The notes: generated by a model from the sequence alone, not told the origin. Positions 33,508-42,767 are shown, numbered from the stretch's first letter. The stretch is 60,242 bases of DNA from an uncultured Candidatus Saccharibacteria bacterium (GCA_964383715.1 CAYLHU010000001.1:17733-77974), one strand, 5' to 3'. Program-made: numbers and translations.

Positions 33508-36034
33508 AGATAACTAAGTTAAAGTTTTCTGCTCCGACCTTTACCTTGTCTCCTCTCTTTATTTTACCACTTAAAAGGGCTTCGGCTAAAACATTTTCCA
33601 CATTATTTTGGATAACTCTTTTCATCTCTCTGGCTCCAAATTGAGGAGAATATCCCAATTCAACGATTTTCTCTTTTAGTTCTTTTGTTATTTCAAGTTC
33701 TATTCCTCTGTCTTTGAGATTGTCGGCTAATTTCTTAATTAATAGATGGCAAATTAAAAGAAGATTGTCTTTTGTTAGGGGCTTGAAAACGACTATGGCG
33801 TCAAACCTGTTGATAAACTCTGGTCTAAACATTCTTTCGCGAAAAAGATAGTCCAAAAGATCCTCTTTTACCATAACTAACTCTTTATTTTGTTTAATGT
33901 CTTCCCTGATAACTTCCGATCCGGCATTACTAGTGGCAATAATTAAAGTTTCCTTGTAATCAATTTTTCTGCCGATTCCATCAGTAACCCAACCTTCGTC
34001 CAATATCTGTAAAAACAAGTTTAAAATATTTGGATGGGCTTTTTCAATTTCGTCCAATAAAATTAAAGAAAAAGGGTTTTCCCTGACCGGAACGGTAATT
34101 AGGCCTTCTTGCCCGTCGCTATCCCCTATCAATCTTTTAATATCGCCAATCGTTTGAAACTCTGACATATCCAATCTTATCATTTTTCTTTCCGAGCCGA
34201 AATAAATTTTCGCCAACGCCTTGGAGGTCTCTGTTTTGCCAACCCCGGTCGGTCCCAAAAACATAAACGAACCAATTGGTCCATTTTTGGTTTGTATTTC
34301 AGCTTTTGCTCTTCTAATAGATGAACTCACTTCAGAAACAGCTTCTTCTTGATTAATAATTCTTTGGTGAATTAGGTCTTCTAAGTTTAATAATGTCTTT
34401 TTCTCTTTCTCTTCAAGTTCTTCTAAAGGGATTTCCGTTTTTTCAGAAACGATTTTTCTGATGTGTTCTATTCTAAGAACTTTCTCTTTTTTAAACATCG
34501 CCAGCCAACTCATTGATTCATCTAAAAGTCGCAACCCTTTTTCAGGGAAAGGAATATCTTTAAGATAACGGGAACTTAATTTTAAAATTTCTCTCAATGA
34601 CTTATAACTGATAAATTTTTTATGTTTTCTTTCAAAGAAAGGAACGAGATTCTCCAATAATTCTAATGTTTCTTTTTCAGAAATTTCAGCTATTTCCACT
34701 TTTTCAAAAAGGTTTGAGAAAGAGGTGTTTTTTTCTAAGGTTCTGTGAAGTCCTTGATAAGATGTCACCGCAATAACCTGAAAAGACGATAGGGGCAAAT
34801 AACGGCTTAAAATACCCGAAATATCCACTTTCCCGAGAGAGTTTTCTTTACCGAGAAAGTTTTGGATTTCCTCTATAACCAAAACAATATTGCCAGCGTT
34901 GGTGACTTGGTTAAAACATTGGTCTAACTTTAATTCTGTCTCCCCGGAGGAATTCGTTTCGGCAATTAATTGACCAATATCAAAAATTAGAACCCTTTTA
35001 TAATTCACCGAAGAAGAGCTTTTGCCTAAAAATGATTTTTGAGCTATCGCTTCAACAATACTCCCCCGCCCGCAGCCCGGTTCGCCAACCAATAAAACAT
35101 TGTTAATTTCTTCTTTCCCTAAAATTCTTTCCGCTTCTTTAATTTCTTTTTTATGACCGACAATTTCCCTAAAACCGGACTTTTTGAGAACATCTCTCAA
35201 ATCGGTGGAATATTTGTCCAGGGCTATAGTATAACCGCTGGCCAAGTCCCGACCAATAGTTCCTTTTTTAAGGAGGTTTTCGCATTCCCAAAACTTTTTT
35301 GAAAAAAGAACTTTTTCGTTCACTCTTTCATACCAAAAGACCAAACTTTCAATATCCTCTTTTTTTAAGTTATTTAAGTTTAAAATCTTATCCAACGGTT
35401 CACATTCGCAAAAAGCGATTAAAATATCTCCTATACCGATTTTATTATTCCCTCTGCTTTGGGCGATTTTTGCTCCTTCCAATATTACTTTTTCAAAACC
35501 GGAACCCCACTTTTCTTTCATTTGAGAGACGTTTTCTTTTACTGTCTTTTTTATTTCCGAAAGAGAGAGTTCTGCTCGGCCAAAAACAAAATCCAGTTCT
35601 TCCGACTTTGAGCAAAGAAGAAAATACAAAAGAAGTTCTTTGGTCGCCTCTCGGCTTTCTTTTCTTTTGACCGACTTTAATGTCTCTCGGCAGATTTTTC
35701 CAACCTCATAATCAAGGAAAGCTGCTAAATTATAACTTTCGGGGTCCGCTAATAATTGAGAGATTGAGTGTTTGGATTCCGGATTTTTTATTTTTGACTT
35801 GAAAAAGAAAGATATTTCAAAGAAAAACAATGTTAAAACCAAACAAATAATGGATTGCCCTAAAAAATGCTCGGAAAATACCTTCAAAAAGAAAAAAAGA
35901 AAAATAGCGGTTAATACAAGAAACAAAACTTTGAAAAAGTCAGTAAATTTGAATAACAGGGTTTCTCCCAATTTTAAGGATTGATAAATTGAAGTATTTT
36001 TTAATCTGAACATATTACTTAATTTTTTAGACAA
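33500..36034 (-). CDS. Clp/Hsp100-like double AAA+ ATPase with an N-terminal membrane segment
   Basis: NBD2 is canonical (GPTGVGKTE, ILLDEIEKAHP). NBD1 is degenerate at Walker A (GEPGCGRGS) and Walker B (VIEEIQ). The N-terminus carries hydrophobic helices. Confidence 0.8.
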   Translation of the reverse strand: MSKKLSNMFRLKNTSIYQSLKLGETLLFKFTDFFKVLFLVLTAIFLFFFLKVFSEHFLGQSIICLVLTLFFFEISFFFKSKIKNPESKHSISQLLADPESYNLAAFLDYEVGKICRETLKSVKRKESREATKELLLYFLLCSKSEELDFVFGRAELSLSEIKKTVKENVSQMKEKWGSGFEKVILEGAKIAQSRGNNKIGIGDILIAFCECEPLDKILNLNNLKKEDIESLVFWYERVNEKVLFSKKFWECENLLKKGTIGRDLASGYTIALDKYSTDLRDVLKKSGFREIVGHKKEIKEAERILGKEEINNVLLVGEPGCGRGSIVEAIAQKSFLGKSSSSVNYKRVLIFDIGQLIAETNSSGETELKLDQCFNQVTNAGNIVLVIEEIQNFLGKENSLGKVDISGILSRYLPLSSFQVIAVTSYQGLHRTLEKNTSFSNLFEKVEIAEISEKETLELLENLVPFFERKHKKFISYKSLREILKLSSRYLKDIPFPEKGLRLLDESMSWLAMFKKEKVLRIEHIRKIVSEKTEIPLEELEEKEKKTLLNLEDLIHQRIINQEEAVSEVSSSIRRAKAEIQTKNGPIGSFMFLGPTGVGKTETSKALAKIYFGSERKMIRLDMSEFQTIGDIKRLIGDSDGQEGLITVPVRENPFSLILLDEIEKAHPNILNLFLQILDEGWVTDGIGRKIDYKETLIIATSNAGSEVIREDIKQNKELVMVKEDLLDYLFRERMFRPEFINRFDAIVVFKPLTKDNLLLICHLLIKKLADNLKDRGIELEITKELKEKIVELGYSPQFGAREMKRVIQNNVENVLAEALLSGKIKRGDKVKVGAENFNLVIYD

Positions 36035-36088
36035 GACCCGAACTTATTGGTATTTAATCGCAGTTCTCGCCCACTTAACAAGTTTCCC

Positions 36089-36484
36089 CTATATTAATTG
36101 GATTCCTAAGATAAGAAGATAAATGGAAATAAAGGGGGAAAGAAACCAAAAAAGAAAAATAAAAACACTGATGGCAAAAATAAAAATTTCGGTCAATAAA
36201 CCGACGAAGATGAGGAAAACTCTCACAATCAGTCCCAAAGTCCGGGAAATCATATTACCGATAAATGTTTCTAAAAATCTTTTGAGGTCAAATCCCCGAC
36301 CATATGATTCTTTATATTTTCGCCAAGGAGCAAAAAGAGTTTTCAAAAGAGAAAAAACGGAAAAATAATTGAAATTAAAAACTAAAAAACCCTTAGAAAC
36401 TTTTAATATCTTTAAGGGAACTTCTTTGAAATGCCATTTCAACCACATTAAATATATATTTTTCTTCGGAGATGATTCTAACAT
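36089..36484 (-). CDS. Integral membrane protein (hypothetical)
   Basis: Several TM segments. No family recognised. Confidence 0.4.
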   Translation of the reverse strand: MLESSPKKNIYLMWLKWHFKEVPLKILKVSKGFLVFNFNYFSVFSLLKTLFAPWRKYKESYGRGFDLKRFLETFIGNMISRTLGLIVRVFLIFVGLLTEIFIFAISVFIFLFWFLSPFISIYLLILGIQLI

Positions 36485-36522
36485 TATTTTAAACGATTAT
36501 TAATTAATAATAACAAATATCT

Positions 36523-36676
36523 AAAGAAAGAAAAAGAGGCAGGATTTGGGAGTCCTGCCTCTTTACATCCGGTTCTCATTTGAAGAAGTGAGAAGTGGGG
36601 GAAATGAGAGCCGGAGAGATCGGGGATTACGTAAGAATACTGAAGATTGCAATTGTATAAAAGATTTTAATTTTCT
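36523..36676 (-). ncRNA. Candidate small RNA with a C-rich apical loop
   Basis: Minus-strand TTGACA (36706-36711), a 17-nt spacer and TAAGAT (36683-36688). Internal hairpin CCGGCUCUCAUUU-[CCCCCACUUCUCACUUCUUC]-AAAUGAGAACCGG. Terminator gaggcagga...tcctgcctc plus a T-run. Confidence 0.4.
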
Positions 36677-36809
36677 ATTTCAATCTTAGCATACTGATTC
36701 CCGCTTGTCAAGATTTCGCCCTTGACAAGAAGCAGAAATCTGACGAGGTTAAACCCAGTATTATCTTATTAACCTACCGACCAACATTCCAACATTTCAA
36801 CAACTACTG

Positions 36810-36881
36810 TGGGTGGTACAGGATTTGAACCTGTGACCCCTGCAATGTGAATGCAATGCTCTACCACTGAGCTAACCACCC
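36810..36881 (-). tRNA. tRNA-Val (anticodon CAC)
   Basis: GGGTGGTTAGCTCAGTGGTAGAGC, anticodon arm TTGCA-TTCACAT-TGCAG, T arm ACAGG-TTCAAAT-CCTGT and acceptor ACCACCC-A. Confidence 0.85.
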
Positions 36882-36957
36882 TTTCTCCCAATTTCATTCT
36901 AACATTTTTAGCCAATTTCTGAAAGTTCTGCTATAATAAAAGAAATTAATTAAGACA

Positions 36958-37713
36958 ATGGAGAATTTTATTTTTTACTTTAATCCTAAAAAGAGAAGGG
37001 ATATTATCTTGAAGTCATTTTGTTATTCCCCTTCCTCTAAAAAAGAATGTGAGTTAGGTAATCTTTATTTGGTTATTGCGTTGAATAAACCAAGAAAGGA
37101 CTACGATAATCTTTCGGAACTTTTAGAAATTATAAAAAATGAATATTATCATTTGCCGGAAAGAGGAGCAGAGATTTCTTTTAAGGGGGTTTTGGAAAAA
37201 TCAAACGATTTTTTGAGAAAAGAACGGGAGCAACAGAACGACAAATGGTTAGAAGGATTAAGTTTGTCAATTTTTTCCCTAACCAACGATTTTTTTATTT
37301 ATTTTTCCCAAAAAAATGGATTGAAAAATATTTTAATTAGGGGAGAAGAATTGTTTGAGATTGGAGAAATTGAAGAAAGCGAATCCCCTACTCAAAAAAT
37401 GTTTTCAAATATGGTAAAGGGGAAATTAGTCGAGAGAGACAAGATGCTGGTGTTAAACCAAGAATTATTTATTCGTCTTCGGGAAGAATCCCTATTGGGA
37501 GAAATAAAGGATTTGGGAAGCCCGAGAGAATTAAAAAGGATTTTTAAAAATGAAAAAGAGACCCTAAAAGAGTTTTTCGGAGTTCTGCTTCTTATTTTCA
37601 TCAAAAAAGAAAAAAGAAAGATATATTTAAAAATCCCTGAAAGTGTAAAAAAGGTCTTGATTTTAATTTTAATCTTGGTCATACTCTCAATTTTGGGGCA
37701 TTATCTATTCTAA
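36958..37713 (+). CDS. Hypothetical protein with a C-terminal TM anchor
   Basis: Intact 251-aa ORF. A perfect 11-bp stem hairpin (ctatcaacgag...ctcgttgatag) follows directly after the stop. Confidence 0.45.
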   Translation: MENFIFYFNPKKRRDIILKSFCYSPSSKKECELGNLYLVIALNKPRKDYDNLSELLEIIKNEYYHLPERGAEISFKGVLEKSNDFLRKEREQQNDKWLEGLSLSIFSLTNDFFIYFSQKNGLKNILIRGEELFEIGEIEESESPTQKMFSNMVKGKLVERDKMLVLNQELFIRLREESLLGEIKDLGSPRELKRIFKNEKETLKEFFGVLLLIFIKKEKRKIYLKIPESVKKVLILILILVILSILGHYLF

Positions 37714-37765
37714 ATTTAAAATCTATCAACGAGTCCGGGTCTCGTTGATAGAACATTAAGATGTT

Positions 37766-38126
37766 ATTTAGGTGCGTTTTGGGACGATCGTCCTAGAATG
37801 ACCTTTTTCCCCCTTTTTCTCCCTTTTTTGCCTATATCTATCTATTTATTTATTTTATAACAAATCCTGACGATCGGCGATATTTGTTATAAAATGTTTC
37901 TTTTGCCTTATCCTGTCTATCTTTACATTTGGGTGCGTTTTGGGACGATCGTCCTAGAATGACCTTTTTCCCCCTTTTTCTCCCTTTTTTGCCTATATCT
38001 ATCTATTTATTTATTTTATAACAAATCCTGACGATCGGCGATATTTGTTATAAAATGTTTCTTTTGCCTTATCCTGTCTATCTTTACATTTGGGTGCGTT
38101 TTGGGACGATCGTCATAGAATGCACC
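37766..38126. repeat. 161-bp tandem repeat, about 2.2 copies
   Basis: ggtgcg starts at 37771, 37932 and 38093, giving a period of 161. Each unit holds a CGATCG-centred palindrome and the hairpin ttttataacaaat-[cctgacgatcggcgat]-atttgttataaaa. Confidence 0.9.
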
Positions 38127-38218
38127 TGAATTTGTTGAGAGAAAAATTAAGAGAGAAGTTTTTTATTTAACGGAAATTGTTCAAAAATTTATTTTTATTA
38201 GTTTTTATTTTTTCGCTA

Positions 38219-38247
38219 TTGACGAAATTAAAAATGTATGCTATCAT
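38219..38247 (+). promoter_or_regulatory. Sigma70-like promoter for the 38322 ORF
   Basis: TTGACG-17 nt-TATCAT. A 5'UTR hairpin ccgataaagatttatcgg (38259-38276) and AAGGAGG lie 8 nt before the ATG. Confidence 0.6.
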
Positions 38248-38321
38248 CTAAGCAGTAGCCGATAAAGATTTATCGGTTTAAAAATTAAAAATTAACCATA
38301 ATCATAAAGGAGGTAAAAAAG

Positions 38322-38621
38322 ATGAAGATGGGAACAAAAGCGAGATGGAAAATATTATTCGGATTTGTAGCAGTTCTGTCACTTTCTGTCCTGGTGATTC
38401 TCGTGAGCAGTTATCTCTCTATTCACTCCGAAAATGGCTTAAGAGGAGCAGAATATCGTTATTTCCCGGATAATGCCATTACCGAATCCGGTAAAGAAAT
38501 GTCGATGGGACTTGCCTTTAATGTTGAGCCCGAGGATTCCGTCATCGTGACGGTAACGCTCACAAAGAGGGGCAAAGTTTATTATTTCGATCGAAGGGCA
38601 ACCGAAGAAAAAGGAAAGTGA
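38322..38621 (+). CDS. Small membrane-anchored or secreted protein (hypothetical)
   Basis: Signal or TM segment, strong SD, own promoter and own terminator. Visibly more G+C-rich than the surroundings. Confidence 0.55.
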   Translation: MKMGTKARWKILFGFVAVLSLSVLVILVSSYLSIHSENGLRGAEYRYFPDNAITESGKEMSMGLAFNVEPEDSVIVTVTLTKRGKVYYFDRRATEEKGK

Positions 38622-38635
38622 ACTTCAGCAGAACT

Positions 38636-38671
38636 AAAAACCCACCCCGGGAAAATTGGGTGGGTTTTTTA
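38636..38671. terminator. Bidirectional intrinsic terminator
   Basis: acccaccc-[cgggaaaatt]-gggtgggt flanked by A5 and T6. It can serve both the 38322 ORF (+) and rplL (-). Confidence 0.7.
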
Positions 38672-38690
38672 TTTACACCTTTGGATAAAA

Positions 38691-39131
38691 CTATTTCAAT
38701 TCCACTTTGGCACCGGCTGCTTCAAATTTTTTCTTGATTTCTTCGGCTTCTTCTTTCCTAACGTTTTCCCTTACTACTTGAGGTTCTTTTTCAGCTGCTT
38801 CAACTAAGTCCTTTGATTCTTTCAGCCCCTTTTGAGTCAGGTCTCGAATAACCTTAATAACTTCTATCTTCTTATCCCCTATCCCGACCAGTTCTATATT
38901 AAAAGAACTTTTTTCTTCCGGACCTGCTGAAGCGCCAGCCGAAGCACTGGCTGCTGGAGCAACCATCATTTGAGGAGAAGAAGAAACATTGAATTTTTTC
39001 TCTAAGACCTGAACTAATTCCGCTAAATCAACGGTCTTCATCTCTTCAATTTCCTTAACTAACTTCTCAAACTTTTTAGGAATCTCAATGGATTCTTCTT
39101 TTGATTTTTCCGCTTTTTTTTCTTCTGTCAT
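38691..39131 (-). CDS. rplL: 50S ribosomal protein L7/L12
   Basis: Ala-rich hinge, then KIEVIKVIRDLTQKGLKESKDLVE ... FEAAGAKVELK. The likely start is MTEEKK at 39131. Confidence 0.9.
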   Translation of the reverse strand: MTEEKKAEKSKEESIEIPKKFEKLVKEIEEMKTVDLAELVQVLEKKFNVSSSPQMMVAPAASASAGASAGPEEKSSFNIELVGIGDKKIEVIKVIRDLTQKGLKESKDLVEAAEKEPQVVRENVRKEEAEEIKKKFEAAGAKVELK

Positions 39132-39232
39132 ATTAACTAAATTCAAAATACAAGAGTCAAAACGCAAAATATTCGAAAATATTTTTTACATTTTACTTTT
39201 TCATCTTGATTTTTGATTTTTGATTTTTAAGT

Positions 39233-39775
39233 TTATGCTTTGGCTTTTGCCAAAACACATATCAGACCTTTAATATTGCCCTTAAAGACATTGGCTAAGC
39301 CCGAAATAGGGCTCTTTAAACTATAAACTAATTTAAACAACAATTCTTCCCTTGAAGGCAATTGGGCAAATTTATCAATTTCTTCAGGAGTTAAAAGGAT
39401 ATATTTTTGATTTTGCTTTTTGTCCCTACTCGCTCCGCCTAAAATTTTTAGATTTTCATTTTCTTTTGAGGATTGATAACAAATTTTACTGGGAGCCAAC
39501 TCGTCTTCCGAGCTGAAAACCAAAGCTAATTGACCCTCAATTTCTTCAATCCCTTGAAGAAACTTTTTTTCTTCCGCTTTTTCCAAAACCTTTTTTAAAA
39601 GATTTTTCTTAACGATTTTTAGGTCGCATTCGGAGTCCCTCAATTTTTTTCTTAAATCAAAAAGTTTATCAGAACTTAAACCGCTAAAATCAAGAAAAAT
39701 TATTTTTTCTTTCTCTTCAATTTTTTTCCCTAAGTCCCCTATCATTATTTTTTTCTCTTCTTTTGTTTTTGCCAT
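39233..39775 (-). CDS. rplJ: 50S ribosomal protein L10
   Basis: Position directly upstream of rplL, with the L10 pattern (IIFLDFSGLSSDKLFDLRKKLR). Confidence 0.85.
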   Translation of the reverse strand: MAKTKEEKKIMIGDLGKKIEEKEKIIFLDFSGLSSDKLFDLRKKLRDSECDLKIVKKNLLKKVLEKAEEKKFLQGIEEIEGQLALVFSSEDELAPSKICYQSSKENENLKILGGASRDKKQNQKYILLTPEEIDKFAQLPSREELLFKLVYSLKSPISGLANVFKGNIKGLICVLAKAKA

Positions 39776-39925
39776 AAAAAAATATCTGTTTCACCGCAGA
39801 TATTCTAAAAAACTTTACTTGCCTAAATAGGATTTACCTGCTAATCCGAACTTATTTAACGCGGATAAGCAAACCTATTGTCTGCGGCGATTTATTAATT
39901 GTAATTTGAGTATAGCAGGTTTTAA
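39776..39925 (-). promoter_or_regulatory. Structured leader upstream of rplJ (L10-leader-like)
   Basis: Long-range pairing cgccgcaga / tctgcggtg brackets about 100 nt directly upstream of the rplJ start. Confidence 0.4.
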
Positions 39926-39928
39926 AAA

Positions 39929-40468
39929 TTATACAAGACCCCTTATCAATACCTCTCCAAACTTTCGAGCTACTTGAGGTCCAGAAGCGGTTATAATATT
40001 CCCATCAATAACCACATTTTCCTTTTGGTAATCGACCCCTTCTCCTTCTAATATCTTAATTGCCGATTTATCTAAATTAGTTGACCAGACAGTAGCTTTT
40101 TTCCCCTTTAAAACGCCACTTCGAGCTAAAATCGTCGGGGCTATACAAATTGCTCCCAAAATTTTATTTTGAGACAGCATCTCTTGGGCTATCTGATGAC
40201 ATTTTTCATTTTCAATATATTTCATTGCTCCACTCCCCCCGATAAAAACAATGGCATCAAAATCAGAAACATTTAATTCGTCCAATGTTAAATCAACATT
40301 AACATCTCCTCCATAACTTCCAATAGCCCTTCCCTTTTTCTCACTGACTATTTTTGTTTCAATTCCTTCGGCTCTAAAAATACTTTGAGGGATAAAAAGC
40401 TCCTCGTCGCGAAAATCATTGAAAGCGATTATAAAAGCAACTTTTTTATTTTTTAGAAGAGTATTCAT
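39929..40468 (-). CDS. DJ-1/PfpI family protein
   Basis: FIGGSGAM ... LGAICIAP nucleophile-elbow Cys. Confidence 0.8.
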   Translation of the reverse strand: MNTLLKNKKVAFIIAFNDFRDEELFIPQSIFRAEGIETKIVSEKKGRAIGSYGGDVNVDLTLDELNVSDFDAIVFIGGSGAMKYIENEKCHQIAQEMLSQNKILGAICIAPTILARSGVLKGKKATVWSTNLDKSAIKILEGEGVDYQKENVVIDGNIITASGPQVARKFGEVLIRGLV

Positions 40469-40480
40469 TATATTGTTGGT

Positions 40481-41554
40481 TTATTTAATATACTTCCATT
40501 TATTAGTATTGTGCTCCTCCAATGTTTTGCTGAAAATAGTTTCTCCTTCGGGAGTTGTCAAATAAAACCAATAGGGGTTTTCTTCATAATAAATCGTTGC
40601 TTTGATACTATCAAGACCAGGGTTACAAATGGGGCCCAAGGGCAAACCGAGATACTTATAAGTATTGTAAAGGGAATCCTTTTCTAAATCCTCTTTTGTC
40701 AAAGATAAACTTTTTTTGCCTGTTAAATAAATTACACTGGCGTCAACTTGAAGGGGCCAACCATTTCTTAACCGTTTCCATAAAATGGAAGCGACATTTT
40801 TTTTATCTTCGTATGTCTTTACTTCTTTTTCCAATAAAGACGCCATTGTCAAAACCTGATATAAACTTCTTCCCTGTTCCTCAACTTTTTTTCTCAACTC
40901 TAAATTAAATTTTTTATCAAAGTTTCTTAATGTTTTTCTAATAATATTTTCTATCCCCTCTTCCTCGTCTATTTCATAAGTATCGGGGAAAAGATAACCT
41001 TCAAGCCCTACATTCTTTGGCTTTTCTTTCAAAAAACCGAATTCTTCAGAAAAATCTTTTGGTTCGGGGGAATCTTTGGCTTTAGGATAATTAAGATTTT
41101 GAAACCCCGCTATTTCAAAGAATTCTTCTGCTTGAAAAAGTCCTTTACTCTCAAGATATTGACCAATATCTCCTAATCCCCAACCCTCAATAATGGTGAT
41201 TTCTTGTTTAACTGTTTCTCCTTGATTAATAATTTTCAATATCTTAGATATACTCATTGTCGGCGATAGAGCGTATTCTCCCGCCTGTAAATTATTTTGG
41301 ATATTTCGGACAGTAGCCGTGTAATTAAACAAGAATTTAGAATTAATTAGCCCTTCCTTTTTTAAATTAGAAGAAATGTCAAACAATCCGTCTCCTTTTT
41401 TAATATTAAAAATAGTTTCTTTTTGAGAGTATTTTTCAACCGGAATATTAATTTGCCAATAAAAAACGGCGACTATTAGGACTAAAAACAAAACTAAAAT
41501 TGAAATTGGAGAAAATCTCTTTGTTTTTTTTATCTTTAAAAAATTACTTATCAT
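40481..41554 (-). CDS. mltG: Endolytic murein transglycosylase MltG (YceG-like)
   Basis: N-terminal TM helix, MASLLEKE, DASVIY and YNTYKYLGLPLGPICNPG. Confidence 0.85.
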   Translation of the reverse strand: MISNFLKIKKTKRFSPISILVLFLVLIVAVFYWQINIPVEKYSQKETIFNIKKGDGLFDISSNLKKEGLINSKFLFNYTATVRNIQNNLQAGEYALSPTMSISKILKIINQGETVKQEITIIEGWGLGDIGQYLESKGLFQAEEFFEIAGFQNLNYPKAKDSPEPKDFSEEFGFLKEKPKNVGLEGYLFPDTYEIDEEEGIENIIRKTLRNFDKKFNLELRKKVEEQGRSLYQVLTMASLLEKEVKTYEDKKNVASILWKRLRNGWPLQVDASVIYLTGKKSLSLTKEDLEKDSLYNTYKYLGLPLGPICNPGLDSIKATIYYEENPYWFYLTTPEGETIFSKTLEEHNTNKWKYIK

Positions 41555-42216
41555 TTTGAATTTTTAATTAAGGGAACAAAACTGAAACCGGGGTACTCTA
41601 CTTCTTGAAAACGATTCTCTGATTCTTTTTCAAAAAACCAGATTGAAGAATCTATCGGAGCGACAATTATTCCTCCTTTTTTTAATTGTTTTCTCCATAA
41701 TACAGGGATATTCGTTTTGGCCGCCGCCGAGCACAAAATTTTATCAAATCCTTCGGAAAGACCAGAGCAAGAGGAGATATCGGGATAACCTTTAGAACCA
41801 TCAGCGCAAAAAAACTTAACGACTCCTTTTTTTATAAAATTATATTTTGAAACATTATTTTTGCCGAATTTCATCAATTTAGGAATTATATCTATCGCTA
41901 TAACCCTTCCCTTTGATTTTTCATTAAATTTTTCCTTACTCACAATATAAGCAAGGAGGGCGCTTGTCCACCCACTGCCGGCGCCTATGTCTAAGATTTT
42001 TTCCCCGGGTTGAGGTTTTAGAAGTTCCAGCATAAAAGCGACAACCAACGGCTGGGAAATCGTTTGTCCCTCGCCTATTGCCAAGGCCTCATTGAGTTCG
42101 GCTAAATTTTTTAATTCTTCAGGCAAAAAATCAATTCTTTTTATATGCCGAAAAGCATCAATGATTTCAGGGGTCTTTAACCATCTATTCTTAATCAGAT
42201 TCTTAACTAAACTCAT
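41551..42216 (-). CDS. pcm: Protein-L-isoaspartate O-methyltransferase
   Basis: GQTISQPLVVAFMLELL and the SAM motif ILDIGAGSGW. Confidence 0.85.
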   Translation of the reverse strand: MSLVKNLIKNRWLKTPEIIDAFRHIKRIDFLPEELKNLAELNEALAIGEGQTISQPLVVAFMLELLKPQPGEKILDIGAGSGWTSALLAYIVSKEKFNEKSKGRVIAIDIIPKLMKFGKNNVSKYNFIKKGVVKFFCADGSKGYPDISSCSGLSEGFDKILCSAAAKTNIPVLWRKQLKKGGIIVAPIDSSIWFFEKESENRFQEVEYPGFSFVPLIKNSK

Positions 42217-42222
42217 TGTTTT

Positions 42223-42531
42223 TTAACTTTTTTCGTCTTTGTAAAGCGAGGATTTTCCAATTATAATTTTATAAATGTTTTCAATGAAATCCCCACCGGC
42301 ATAACCGATAATAAAACTTAGAGCGGGGCTAAAAACTCCTTCAAGGTTAAAACCAATTTCTTTTATTGCCGTGGCTGCTGATAACCCTATTACCCCAGAA
42401 AGAAAAACCGTAACTAAAAAATTATTTAGTTCAAAGGGAACATTTTTATAGGCAAATTTATGCTTTAGAAAACCGATTAATCCTCTTACAACTCCTCCGA
42501 AAAAGCCCGCTAATAAAATTGAAAAATACAT
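42223..42531 (-). CDS. Small integral membrane protein (hypothetical)
   Basis: Three TM segments. The ATG at 42531 (MYFSILL) is preferred over the TTG at 42549, which lies in a 12-bp-stem hairpin. Confidence 0.45.
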   Translation of the reverse strand: MYFSILLAGFFGGVVRGLIGFLKHKFAYKNVPFELNNFLVTVFLSGVIGLSAATAIKEIGFNLEGVFSPALSFIIGYAGGDFIENIYKIIIGKSSLYKDEKS

Positions 42532-42578
42532 ATTAGAAGATGTTAGCAAGATTGTTTTATGAAAACAATCTTGTGTTG

Positions 42579-42626
42579 CAGATTCTTATACTCGCCTAAG
42601 TTTCCTTTTGGAAAATTTTGGCGGGT
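42579..42626. repeat. Conserved 48-nt element cagattcttaYacYcgcc-taagttt..ggaaaatttt-ggcgggt, copy 1
   Basis: Near-identical to 54415-54462. Both lie just upstream of minus-strand gene starts. Confidence 0.75.
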
Positions 42627-42767
42627 ATTAGACGAAATTATTAAAAAGGACTAATTACACTTCCTAATGTATCGGGGTATCCTTTCGTTAAAAGCCAGAC
42701 GCTAAGGATAAGAGCGATAACGACTAATACAATATCAATAATAACTATTATCTTATTCATTTAATTT

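Noticed and set aside
37766-38126. Possible CRISPR array
   Set aside because: The whole 161-bp unit repeats, including what would be the spacers. There are no short direct repeats separated by unique spacers, and no cas genes.
42650-42762. 39-aa minus-strand ORF (MNKIIVIIDIVLVVIALILSVWLLTKGYPDTLGSVISPF)
   Set aside because: It is plausible as a tiny membrane peptide. It is too short, with no RBS or conservation evidence I can assess, so it is not reported as a feature.
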